A program made the translations under genes and the position numbers. The notes under the pieces are model-generated. The model searched no databases. It saw only the letters and a program-made list of their open reading frames with translations, and was not told the DNA's origin. Positions 10,128-19,039 of a DNA stretch of 64,000 bases are shown here, one piece after another. Location of the stretch: the NCBI GenBank assembly GCA_016297415.1, contig JAEDGQ010000002.1, forward strand, positions 16,172 to 80,171, given 5' to 3'. How positions within the stretch are numbered: the first letter of the stretch is position 1; every line of letters starts with the position of its first letter. Source of the stretch: Treponema sp. Lineage in GTDB: Bacteria > Spirochaetota > Spirochaetia > Treponematales > Treponemataceae.

Positions 10128-11801
10128 ATGAAATCAGGTTTTAAATATATTTTTCTTTCTTTATTAGTTTGTACAACCACTTTATCCTCAGCTTTTGCAG
10201 GGGGAAAAAAAGATAAACTCTTTGATGTAATCGAAAATGGAAGTTATAAAGAAGTTAATACCCTTATCCGTAATCACAAAGATTATGTGAATGTTACAAG
10301 GGGACCAGCAAAAGAAAACCTGCTTATGGCTGCCCTGAAAGCAGACAGAGAACTTGATGTAATTAATGTTCTCTTAAAATACGACGCAAACCCTGACAAA
10401 AAAGATAAAAATAAACGCAATGCCCTTTCCTATGCAGTTCAGTATTCATCTCATCCGGAAGTAATTGAACGGCTTGTTAAAGTCAATAATTTTTTCGATT
10501 TTTCAAAACGCAAAAGAATCAACAAAAAAGATAAAAACGGGAAAAACTGTTTTGACTGGGCAAAAGAAAACAACAACCCGGAAATGGCAGAAAAAATTCT
10601 CAGAAAATATGTAAAGGAAACTCCTGTAAAAAACGAAGCCCATACAGAAGAAATCCCTGAAGAAGAAGCTGAAAATCAGGAAGAAGAAATATCAGAAACA
10701 GTTACAGCTTCAAATCCGGCTTCTTCAAACATTCCGCCTGTTTATTCAGAACCGGAAAAAGACTTTATTGAAGTTACAGCATCAAATCCGGCTTCCTCAA
10801 ACACTCCGCCTGTTTATTCAGAACTGGCAAAAGACTTTATTGAAGTTACAGTTCCAGTTTCAGTTCCAGTTATTCCTGTTGTAAAAAAAGAAACAGAAGT
10901 TCAAGTTGAACCGGAAGAAAAAAAAGAAGTACTTCCCCCTGCTCCAGAAAAAAAAGTAACTGTAATTCCAGCTGCAGAAAAAGAAGACAAAGATGAACCA
11001 CCTGCAGAACAAAAACAGGAGATTCCTTCACCTGCACCAGTTACTCAGGTAAAAACAGTTTACTCTTCAGAGTCAGTTCCAGAAGTTAAACCATATACAA
11101 AGACATACCTTCTTGATTATGCAGAAATTGAAAGTGATGATGATCCTGTAATTGAAGATCCGTACTACGACTCAGACCATATTTACATCGAGAATCCTGA
11201 TTCAAAAGATATATCTGGCCGCACAAGACTTATGAAAGCCGCAAAAGCCGGGGACTTAAAACTTCTCGATAATCTGATTTTTTCAAAAGCAAATGTTAAT
11301 TTAAAAGATAATGAGGGCTGGACTGCACTTATGTTTGCCGCCAGATTCTCTGAAAATCCAGAAGTCATTAAACTTCTTATTGCAAACAATGCAGATGTTT
11401 TTGCAAAGAACAACTACGGAATTTCAGCCCTTAAACTTTCAGCAGGCTTTAACAAAAACAGTGAAATAACACGATTGATTCTTGAAAAGCATCTGTCTCA
11501 GGACAATGAAGTCAGAAACTGTTTTATTTATGCAATTACAAACGGTGCTCCAGTTTCTGTTATTGAAGCCTTCTGGAAAAAAGGAGCAAACCTCAATTCA
11601 ATTTATGATGGAAAAACACCTCTCATGTATGCTGCTGAAACAAACAAAGATACTCTGATTATCCACTGGCTCATTAAACATGGAGCTAAAACTACATACA
11701 AATCTACCGAAGGAAAAACTGCATTTGATTATGCCAGAGCCAATAAAGCTCTTCCAAAAGATAAGATTTACTGGTCATTAAATTCCAGCGGAGCAAACTA
11801 A
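10128..11801 (+). CDS. Exported ankyrin-repeat protein with Pro/Glu-rich linker
   Basis: Signal peptide ending SAFA-GGKKD; ankyrin repeats (GRTRLMKAA, GWTALMFAA, GKTPLMYAA) at both ends. Confidence 0.85.
   Translation: MKSGFKYIFLSLLVCTTTLSSAFAGGKKDKLFDVIENGSYKEVNTLIRNHKDYVNVTRGPAKENLLMAALKADRELDVINVLLKYDANPDKKDKNKRNALSYAVQYSSHPEVIERLVKVNNFFDFSKRKRINKKDKNGKNCFDWAKENNNPEMAEKILRKYVKETPVKNEAHTEEIPEEEAENQEEEISETVTASNPASSNIPPVYSEPEKDFIEVTASNPASSNTPPVYSELAKDFIEVTVPVSVPVIPVVKKETEVQVEPEEKKEVLPPAPEKKVTVIPAAEKEDKDEPPAEQKQEIPSPAPVTQVKTVYSSESVPEVKPYTKTYLLDYAEIESDDDPVIEDPYYDSDHIYIENPDSKDISGRTRLMKAAKAGDLKLLDNLIFSKANVNLKDNEGWTALMFAARFSENPEVIKLLIANNADVFAKNNYGISALKLSAGFNKNSEITRLILEKHLSQDNEVRNCFIYAITNGAPVSVIEAFWKKGANLNSIYDGKTPLMYAAETNKDTLIIHWLIKHGAKTTYKSTEGKTAFDYARANKALPKDKIYWSLNSSGAN
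10701..10851 (+). repeat. 72-bp in-frame tandem duplication (24 aa x2)
   Basis: GTTACAG recurs at 10701, 10773, 10845; VTASNPASSNIPPVYSEPEKDFIE / VTASNPASSNTPPVYSELAKDFIE. Confidence 0.95.
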
Positions 11802-12379
11802 TGAGAATTACAGGCGGAAAATTAAAAGGAAGAAATACAAAGTGTCCTGATGGTGTTATTCGCCCTGCCATGGACCGCATGAGAGAGTCTGTTTTTGCCA
11901 TTCTGGGGGATCTTTCAGGTAAAAGCTGGCTTGATATGTTCAGCGGCTCTGGAACAATTGCAATTGAAGCAGTTAGCCGTGGAGCAACTCAGGTTCAGCT
12001 TTGTGAAAAAGATAAAATCAAAATAAAGACTGTTCTTGAAAATGTTTCCATTACAGAAAAAGAAATGGGTGTAAAAATCAACTGTCATTTTATGGCTGTT
12101 GAGCTTTTCTTAAAACGCTGCAAAGATCAGTTCGACTTTATTTTTTTCGATCCTCCTTTTCCCTATAAATTCAGAAAAGACCTTATTAAATTTGTAGATC
12201 AATACAATCTTCTTAATGAAAATGGAACTGTAATGATTCATTATCCGGAAGAAGATGCCTTACCTGAGCAGATTGGTAACCTTGTTCTTACAGATAAACG
12301 AATTTACGGCCGGTCAATTGTTAATTTCTACAAAAAAAAGCCGGAAGAACCACCGGAACATGTAATTTTAAATTCTTGA
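11801..12379 (+). CDS. rsmD: 16S rRNA (guanine966-N2)-methyltransferase RsmD
   Basis: MRITGGKLKGR, RPAMDRMRESVF, LDMFSGSG, FFDPPF. Confidence 0.92.
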   Translation: MRITGGKLKGRNTKCPDGVIRPAMDRMRESVFAILGDLSGKSWLDMFSGSGTIAIEAVSRGATQVQLCEKDKIKIKTVLENVSITEKEMGVKINCHFMAVELFLKRCKDQFDFIFFDPPFPYKFRKDLIKFVDQYNLLNENGTVMIHYPEEDALPEQIGNLVLTDKRIYGRSIVNFYKKKPEEPPEHVILNS

Positions 12380-12435
12380 CTTTGCAAACAAATGTGATAG
12401 AATTCAAAGAAGTTAATAAAATCAAGGTAAAAAAA

Positions 12436-12786
12436 GTGGATTCCAGAAATCAAAAATTTCTTAATGAAATTTCGTCACATCAAATTCCTGACGGCTTTAT
12501 AAAAGTCACAGAATCCCCTCTTGGTGCACTGTCTGACCAGCAGAAAGTTCTTCTTAACAGAAAAGGAAATGAACTTTTCAACAACGGGCGTATAGATGAA
12601 GCTACTCGTATTTTTATTACAACAGGCTATTCAGACGGTTTAACACGGGTTGGTGATGTTTATTTTAAGAAAAATGAAACATTGAAAGCCCTCAAATTCT
12701 ACAGTCTTGCCAAAAACAAAAACAGATGCCAGCCAATTATCGAAAAAATTGCTGCAACTTTAAGTTTTCTGTCTGGGGAGAATTAA
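12436..12786 (+). CDS. Conserved hypothetical protein, TPR-like helix pair
   Basis: GTG 12436 lies downstream of TTGACT-N16-TAGAAT (12376-12403); LNRKGNELFNNG..A..IF. Confidence 0.65.
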   Translation: MDSRNQKFLNEISSHQIPDGFIKVTESPLGALSDQQKVLLNRKGNELFNNGRIDEATRIFITTGYSDGLTRVGDVYFKKNETLKALKFYSLAKNKNRCQPIIEKIAATLSFLSGEN

Positions 12787-12788
12787 AA

Positions 12789-13958
12789 ATGTCTGATGAA
12801 TTAAAAATTGAAAACGATTTTCCTATGGAAGAAATCCAGCAGCCTGTTGCAGAAGCAGCTGAAGACGGAAAATCTACACAGATTGCTGAATTATCAAAAA
12901 AAGGATATCAGTTCTTAAAAGAAAACAGAGTTGATGATGCCATTGCCTCCTTCAACGAAATTCTGAACATTGAAGACAATAATAATTATGCCCTTGTAGG
13001 ACTTGGTGACAGCGAAAGAAAACAGAATCACTTCCGGGAAGCAGTAAATTTCTATTCAAAATGCCTTACTTTTCACCCTGGAAACAATTACGCACTTTTT
13101 GGTCTTGCCGACTGTTATAAGGCTCTTAATCAATATCATAAAGCTATCGAAATCTGGGAACAGTACCTTATTCACGATGACAGAAATATTACAGTTTTGA
13201 CTCGTGTTGCTGACGCATACAGAAAAATCCGTGATTTCAACAAATCAAAGCAGTTTTACCTTAAAGTTCTCGACATGGAAGAAAATAATGCATACGCCTT
13301 AATTGGTATTGGTCATCTTTATTACGATTTTAAGGAATATAAAGATGCCCTTTATTACTGGACAAAGATGCTTGAAATTAATGAAAATGCGGTAGATATC
13401 CGTGTTCTTACTTCAATTGGAAACTGTCACAGAAAACTGAAGACTTTTGACAAAGGCGTAAAATATTTTGAAAGAGCCCTGGAAATGGATCCTGAAAATT
13501 TCTACGTTCTTTTTGGTCTTGCAGACTGTTTCCGTGGTATGAACCAGCAGTACCGTTCCGTTGAATACTGGAATAAAATTCTTAAAAACGATCCAAAAAA
13601 CAAGGTTATCCTTACACGTGCAGGTGATGCTTACCGTAATACCGGTGATTATGAAACAGCAACTGAATATTACAACAAAGCAATGAATATCGAATTTGAT
13701 ATTTACGCAGCACTTGGACTTGCACTTATCTGCAAAGGCGAAGGAAAATACGATGAAGCAATTGAACGGCTTTCTGCCCTTATCAGAGAAAACCAGAAAA
13801 ATTATCGTCTATATATAGATCTTGCTGACTGTTATCTCAAAAATAATCAGAAAGAAAAAGCTGTTGAATGTCTGAAAGATTTCCATAAAACAGGAATGAA
13901 AAGTCAGGCTATTTCAGAAATGCTTTCAAAAATAATGTCTGATAAATCTTTAAATTAA
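12789..13958 (+). CDS. Tetratricopeptide repeat protein
   Basis: Many 34-aa TPR units (NNYALVGLGD, NNYALFGLAD, NAYALIGIG); ATG 12789 after GGGGAG. Confidence 0.9.
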   Translation: MSDELKIENDFPMEEIQQPVAEAAEDGKSTQIAELSKKGYQFLKENRVDDAIASFNEILNIEDNNNYALVGLGDSERKQNHFREAVNFYSKCLTFHPGNNYALFGLADCYKALNQYHKAIEIWEQYLIHDDRNITVLTRVADAYRKIRDFNKSKQFYLKVLDMEENNAYALIGIGHLYYDFKEYKDALYYWTKMLEINENAVDIRVLTSIGNCHRKLKTFDKGVKYFERALEMDPENFYVLFGLADCFRGMNQQYRSVEYWNKILKNDPKNKVILTRAGDAYRNTGDYETATEYYNKAMNIEFDIYAALGLALICKGEGKYDEAIERLSALIRENQKNYRLYIDLADCYLKNNQKEKAVECLKDFHKTGMKSQAISEMLSKIMSDKSLN

Positions 13959-13987
13959 TATTAAAATGTATTAATTTTTATACATAT

Positions 13988-15061
13988 ATGAGTGACAAAA
14001 TCTCTATTTCAGGCCTGCTTCCTGAAGAAATTTCAGAGCAGCTTTCAATTACTCCATCTTTTCGCGGAAAACAGATTTTTGAGTGGATTGGAAAAGGTGT
14101 TGAATCCTTTGACCAGATGACTAATCTTTCAAAAGAACTGAGAGACCAGCTTAAGGAGAAGGCTCTGCTCCGCTCGTGTACAGTTTCAAAAGTATTAAAA
14201 GATTCTGACGGAACAATAAAACTTCAGATTACCCTTAGGGATGATCTTGCCGTTGAAACAGTTCTTTTAACAGATAAGGAAGGACGCAAAACAGCATGCG
14301 TAAGCTGTCAGGTTGGATGTGCAATGAACTGTGCCTTCTGTCAGACCGGACATCTTGGACTTGCAAGAAACCTTACACCTTCTGAAATTGTGGAACAGTT
14401 CTTATATCTTGAAAAACATGCAGGTCCTTTAGACAACATTGTTTTTATGGGTATGGGAGAACCTATGATGAACCTTCCTTCTGTAAGAAAGGCTATTTCT
14501 GTACTCTGCGACAAACGGGGAAGAAATCTTTCCGGAAGAAGAATTACACTTTCAACTTCTGGTGTAATTAAGGGGATTTATGATCTTGCTGATAATGGTC
14601 CCCTCATCCGACTTGCAGTTTCCCTTACAACTGCAGACCCTGAACTCAGACAGGACCTTATGCCTATTGGCCGTACAAATCCGCTGCCAGAACTAAGAAA
14701 AGCAATTGATTACTATGCCAAAAAAACAGGAAAACGTGTTACTCTTGAAGCTGCCCTTCTCCACCATACAAATACAAGTGATCAGTCAGCACAGAATATG
14801 ATTGATTTTGCAAGAGGAATAGAATGTCACATTAATCTTATTCCATGGAATCCTGTAGATTCACTTCCTTTTTCAAGGCCCTCCAACAATGAAAGCAGAC
14901 GTTTCTTTGAAAAACTTGAAAAAGCCGGCTTAAACGTAACATTAAGAACTCCAAGAGGTCAGGAAATCGGAGGTGCCTGCGGACAGCTGGGAAAAACACT
15001 TTCTGATAAAATCGGAGACGGCAAGAAACTTTCCGGAAGCAAAGATTTTGGAAATGAATAA
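13988..15061 (+). CDS. rlmN: 23S rRNA/tRNA m2A methyltransferase RlmN (radical SAM)
   Basis: CAMNCAFC, FMGMGEP, NLIPWNP, GACGQL. Confidence 0.95.
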   Translation: MSDKISISGLLPEEISEQLSITPSFRGKQIFEWIGKGVESFDQMTNLSKELRDQLKEKALLRSCTVSKVLKDSDGTIKLQITLRDDLAVETVLLTDKEGRKTACVSCQVGCAMNCAFCQTGHLGLARNLTPSEIVEQFLYLEKHAGPLDNIVFMGMGEPMMNLPSVRKAISVLCDKRGRNLSGRRITLSTSGVIKGIYDLADNGPLIRLAVSLTTADPELRQDLMPIGRTNPLPELRKAIDYYAKKTGKRVTLEAALLHHTNTSDQSAQNMIDFARGIECHINLIPWNPVDSLPFSRPSNNESRRFFEKLEKAGLNVTLRTPRGQEIGGACGQLGKTLSDKIGDGKKLSGSKDFGNE

Positions 15062-15156
15062 TTTTTTTAACTAAAATAAAACATTATTTGAATTCAATGT
15101 TTTTATTGATATAATAAAATCAATAATTTATTACTATGTTGCAGGAGAAATATTCT

Positions 15157-15357
15157 ATGCAGAAAAAAATATATGTTGTAGGTATGTTTGATTCAGACAC
15201 ATGTGCAAAAGTTGACGCTGCTGTAAAAGCAGTTGCCGGTGTTACAAACTGTATTTCCAACAGCGATAAATCACAGGTTCTTGTTGATTTTGAAGGAGCT
15301 GATGAAAACGCAATCAATGCAGCAATTTCTTCAACTGGCGTAGAAGTTCTCGGCTAA
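15157..15357 (+). CDS. HMA-fold small protein with degenerate metal-binding motif
   Basis: AGGAG RBS; 66 aa with CopZ-like pattern (KKIYVVGM...V..AV.AV.GV...I..AI...G.EV) but GMFDSDTC in place of GMxCxxC. Confidence 0.7.
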   Translation: MQKKIYVVGMFDSDTCAKVDAAVKAVAGVTNCISNSDKSQVLVDFEGADENAINAAISSTGVEVLG

Positions 15358-15364
15358 CAGCATT

Positions 15365-16327
15365 ATGAGCGGAAAAATTAAGATAACGGTACTGGATGGA
15401 CATGCAGCAAATCCTGGAGATTTAAGCTGGGATCCATTCAAAGAATATGCAGAACTTACTGTATACGACCGTACACCTTCAGAAAAGGTAATTGAAAGAA
15501 TCGGTAATTCTGATGCTATTTTCTTAAATAAAGTTCAGATTACCAGAGAAATTCTCCAGAAATGCCCTGACCTGAAATATATTGGAGTTCTTGCCACAGG
15601 ATATAATGTTGTGGACTGTAAAGCTGCCAGAGAATATGGAATTACTGTAACTAATATTCCAGCCTACTCTACAGACTCCGTTGCCCAGCACGTTTTTGCT
15701 TTAATCCTCAATTTTACAAATCTTGTAGAACAGCATAATCAGGAAGTAAAAAAAGGCGGATGGATAAAGTCCCCTGATTTCTGTTTCTGGAATTCTCCCT
15801 TAACAGAGCTTACAGGAAAAACCCTTGGTATTCTTGGATTCGGCTCAATTGGACAGAAAACTGCAAAAATCGCCCATGCTTTTGGTATGAATGTTATTAT
15901 TCATGTTCATTCCGAAAAATCATTTACAGGAAATGAAAAAACTGTTTCTCTTGAAGAGCTTTTCAAACAGAGCGATTTTCTTTCTCTGCACACTCCAATG
16001 ACTGATGAAACTGCAGGTATTATTAACGAAAAAAATCTGTCATTAATGAAAAACTCTGCTATTATTATTAACACGGCCCGTGGTGGACTTGCAGATGAAA
16101 AAGCACTGTACAAAGCTCTTTCAGAACAGAAAATTGCAGGCTATGCTGCTGATGTTATTCTCCAGGAACCTATGGTTAAGGATTGTCCTCTCTTAAATGC
16201 ACCTAACTGTGTCCTTACACCGCATATTGCATGGGCTCCAAAGGAAACTCGGGAAAGACTTTTTGGTATTGCCCTTTCCAACCTGAAAGCATATCTGGAT
16301 GGCAGTCCAATTAATGTTGTAAACTAG
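15365..16327 (+). CDS. D-2-hydroxyacid dehydrogenase (glycerate dehydrogenase/hydroxypyruvate reductase-like)
   Basis: NPGDLSW, LATGYNVVD, GFGSIG, INTARGG, TPHIAWA. Confidence 0.9.
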   Translation: MSGKIKITVLDGHAANPGDLSWDPFKEYAELTVYDRTPSEKVIERIGNSDAIFLNKVQITREILQKCPDLKYIGVLATGYNVVDCKAAREYGITVTNIPAYSTDSVAQHVFALILNFTNLVEQHNQEVKKGGWIKSPDFCFWNSPLTELTGKTLGILGFGSIGQKTAKIAHAFGMNVIIHVHSEKSFTGNEKTVSLEELFKQSDFLSLHTPMTDETAGIINEKNLSLMKNSAIIINTARGGLADEKALYKALSEQKIAGYAADVILQEPMVKDCPLLNAPNCVLTPHIAWAPKETRERLFGIALSNLKAYLDGSPINVVN

Positions 16328-16420
16328 TTTTAACCTTTACTATTGCTTGTATTACTTGAAAATAAGCGTAATAAAAGTTAAAATCTTTAAAAATACTAAA
16401 ATTCTTAAGAGGTACTAAAG

Positions 16421-17707
16421 ATGGGAAAGACTATTGCCCAGAAAATCTTTGATTCACATCTGGTAGAAAGTCCATTTGCAGGAACTTACGTTCTTAAACT
16501 TGACCGTGTATTCTGCCACGAAATTACAACTCCTGTTGCAATCAACGACCTTGTTGAAAGAGGTTCAGACCGTGTTTTCGATGCAACTAAAATCAAGGCT
16601 GTAATTGACCACGTAACTCCATCAAAAGACAGTAAAACTGCAACTCAGTCAAAAATTCTTCGTGACTGGGCTCGCCGTAATAATGTGAAAGATTTCTTCG
16701 ACATCGGTTCAAACGGTGTTTGTCACGCAATTTTCCCTGAAAAAGGATTCGTTCGTCCAGGTTACACTGTAATCATGGGTGACTCACACACTTGTACACA
16801 TGGTGCTTTTGGTGCATTTGCTGCTGGTGTTGGTACAACTGACCTTGAAGTTGGTATCCTTAAAGGTGTTTGTTCTTTCCGCGAACCTAAAACAATCAAA
16901 TTCGTTCTTAACGGAAAACTTAAGGACGGAGTTTATGCTAAAGATGTTATCCTTCACCTTATCGGAAAAATCGGCGTAAACGGTGCTACAAACTGTGTAG
17001 TTGAATTTACAGGTCCAGTAATCGATGCAATGGGAATGGAAGAACGTATGACTCTCTGTAACATGGCTGTTGAAGCTGGTGGTACCTCTGGTATCTGTTT
17101 CCCTGATGAAAAAACAGTTGAATACCTCTGGGAATTCATTAAAGACGAATACAAAACTAAAGAAGATGCAATTGCTGACTACAAAAAATGGCGTGATGAT
17201 GATGATGCTGTTTACGAAAAAGTAATTACAGAAGACCTTTCAAATCTGGATCCAGTATGTACAATAAATTACAAGCCAGATCAGATTAAAAAGATTTCAG
17301 AAATGAAAGGTACAAAAGTAGATCAGGTTTATATCGGTTCTTGTACAAACGGTCGTATCTCTGACCTTCGTATTGCAGCTCAGGTACTTAAAGGTCATAA
17401 ACTTGCAGACGGAGTTCGCGGTATCGTTTCTCCGGCTACTCCAAAAATCTATCAGATGGCACTTAAAGAAGGTATCATCGACATCTTTATGGAAGCTGGT
17501 TTCTGTGTAACTAACCCTACCTGCGGTGCATGTCTTGGTATGTCAAACGGTGTACTTGCTGAAGGCGAAGTTTGTGCTTCAACAACAAACCGTAACTTCA
17601 ATGGCCGCATGGGTAAAGGTGGTATGGTTCACCTTATGAGCCCTGCTTCTGCAGCAGCAACAGCAATTGCTGGAACAATTACTAACTCAGAACTTTATAA
17701 AGGCTAA
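16421..17707 (+). CDS. leuC: 3-isopropylmalate dehydratase large subunit
   Basis: DSHTCTHGAFG, IGSCTNGR, CGACLG, STTNRNFNGRMG. Confidence 0.92.
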   Translation: MGKTIAQKIFDSHLVESPFAGTYVLKLDRVFCHEITTPVAINDLVERGSDRVFDATKIKAVIDHVTPSKDSKTATQSKILRDWARRNNVKDFFDIGSNGVCHAIFPEKGFVRPGYTVIMGDSHTCTHGAFGAFAAGVGTTDLEVGILKGVCSFREPKTIKFVLNGKLKDGVYAKDVILHLIGKIGVNGATNCVVEFTGPVIDAMGMEERMTLCNMAVEAGGTSGICFPDEKTVEYLWEFIKDEYKTKEDAIADYKKWRDDDDAVYEKVITEDLSNLDPVCTINYKPDQIKKISEMKGTKVDQVYIGSCTNGRISDLRIAAQVLKGHKLADGVRGIVSPATPKIYQMALKEGIIDIFMEAGFCVTNPTCGACLGMSNGVLAEGEVCASTTNRNFNGRMGKGGMVHLMSPASAAATAIAGTITNSELYKG

Positions 17708-17748
17708 GGCTTCAAAGCCAAAAGGCGTAATTATTTAGGAGAAATATT

Positions 17749-18282
17749 ATGAAAAAATTTGGTGGAACAGTACTGTTTCTTGATCGTTCAGATATCAATA
17801 CAGACGAAATCATTCCCGCAAAATATCTTACAGAAATTTCAAAACAGGCTCTTAAGCCATATTGTCTTGAAGACCTTAAACTTGATGGCTTCGATGCACA
17901 TCGTGACGTTCCCGGCAAAAAAGTAATCATTACCCGTGAAAACTTCGGATGTGGTTCAAGCCGTGAACATGCTCCCTGGGCTCTGGAAGTTAACGATATC
18001 AATGTTGTAATTGCTCAGAACTTCGCACGTATTTTCCGTCAGAATATGTACAACTGTGGACTTTTAGCTCTTGATATGTCTAAAAAGGACATTGATGATA
18101 TGTTCCACAATTTTGCTGACAAAGATACTGAATGCAAAATCGAAGAAAAAGAAGATGGTACATGGAAAGTTAAACTCATTGCCGGTTCTTTCTCAAAAAG
18201 CTATGTATTCAAGCTTGAAGGATTTGAAAAAGCCCTCATCGAAAATGAAGGATGGGTTGGCTACGCTGAAAGCAAATACTAA
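17749..18282 (+). CDS. leuD: 3-isopropylmalate dehydratase small subunit
   Basis: DINTDEIIPAKYL, NFGCGSSREHAPWAL, FARIFRQN. Confidence 0.92.
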   Translation: MKKFGGTVLFLDRSDINTDEIIPAKYLTEISKQALKPYCLEDLKLDGFDAHRDVPGKKVIITRENFGCGSSREHAPWALEVNDINVVIAQNFARIFRQNMYNCGLLALDMSKKDIDDMFHNFADKDTECKIEEKEDGTWKVKLIAGSFSKSYVFKLEGFEKALIENEGWVGYAESKY

Positions 18283-18316
18283 TTAAAACCACGGTTTGAC
18301 TAAATCAAAACATCGT

Positions 18317-18348
18317 AAAAAAAGCCGCTTTAATCAGCGGCTTTTTTT
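18317..18348. terminator. Bidirectional Rho-independent terminator
   Basis: A7-GCCGCT-TTAATC-AGCGGC-T7 between convergent leuD and cmk. Confidence 0.85.
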
Positions 18349-18385
18349 AGTCATACTGTATTAAGAACAATAAGTTGCTCTTTTT

Positions 18386-18480
18386 GCGTTAGCGATGGTA
18401 GTACCGCGTAGCGTCCCGGAGGGATGGAGCGAAGCGGAAGTACGGACGTAGCGGCGGCAAAGTATTTTGCCGCAACGCCC
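18386..18480 (-). repeat. Structured intergenic element GGGCGTT...GCTAACGC (Flavo-1-like), copy A
   Basis: Same ends, core and hairpin layout as 44910-45003; starts at the cmk stop codon. Confidence 0.75.
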
Positions 18481-19025
18481 TACTTTTCTATAAAGCCTCT
18501 TTTTGAAAGCTCATCGAGAATAAGGTCTACAATCTGTTCCGGATTATATTTTGCTGTGTCGATTATAAGATCTGCAAAATCGTATTTGTTGTTGTCGATG
18601 TTGTAAAGCTTCATGTAACGGCCTGAGTCCTGACTGTCCCGAAAGGCTGTAAACTTTTTGATTTCTTCAAGATTACCCCCTTCACGGTTAAATACACGAC
18701 CTGCACGGGTTTCGTCACTGGCATAAAGATAAACTTTAAGGTCTGCTTCTTTAAGCATCCAGATTGCAAGACGACTTCCCAGTACACAGCTTTCTTTAAG
18801 GGCAAGTTCTACCTGATGGCTGTCTACATATTTATCGTAACTGTCGTCTGTTTTGGCATTTTCAATTACCTGAGCCAGTGTAAGGCCTTTTTCTGCTGCA
18901 AGCTGGCGGAATGTATAGTTAATGAGGGTAATTCCAAGCTTTTCGCTGAGAAGTGTTGAAACTGTTGTGTTTCCGCAGCCTGATTTACCGCTAATGGCAA
19001 TTCGTGTTTCTTTTTTTAATTTCAT
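18480..19025 (-). CDS. cmk: Cytidylate kinase, archaeal-type family
   Basis: IAISGKSGCGNTT, TFRQLAAEKG, GSRLAIW, R..SQDSGRY..LYNID, DLIIDT. Confidence 0.75.
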   Translation of the reverse strand: MKLKKETRIAISGKSGCGNTTVSTLLSEKLGITLINYTFRQLAAEKGLTLAQVIENAKTDDSYDKYVDSHQVELALKESCVLGSRLAIWMLKEADLKVYLYASDETRAGRVFNREGGNLEEIKKFTAFRDSQDSGRYMKLYNIDNNKYDFADLIIDTAKYNPEQIVDLILDELSKRGFIEK

Positions 19026-19039
19026 AAGTACTCCTTGAT

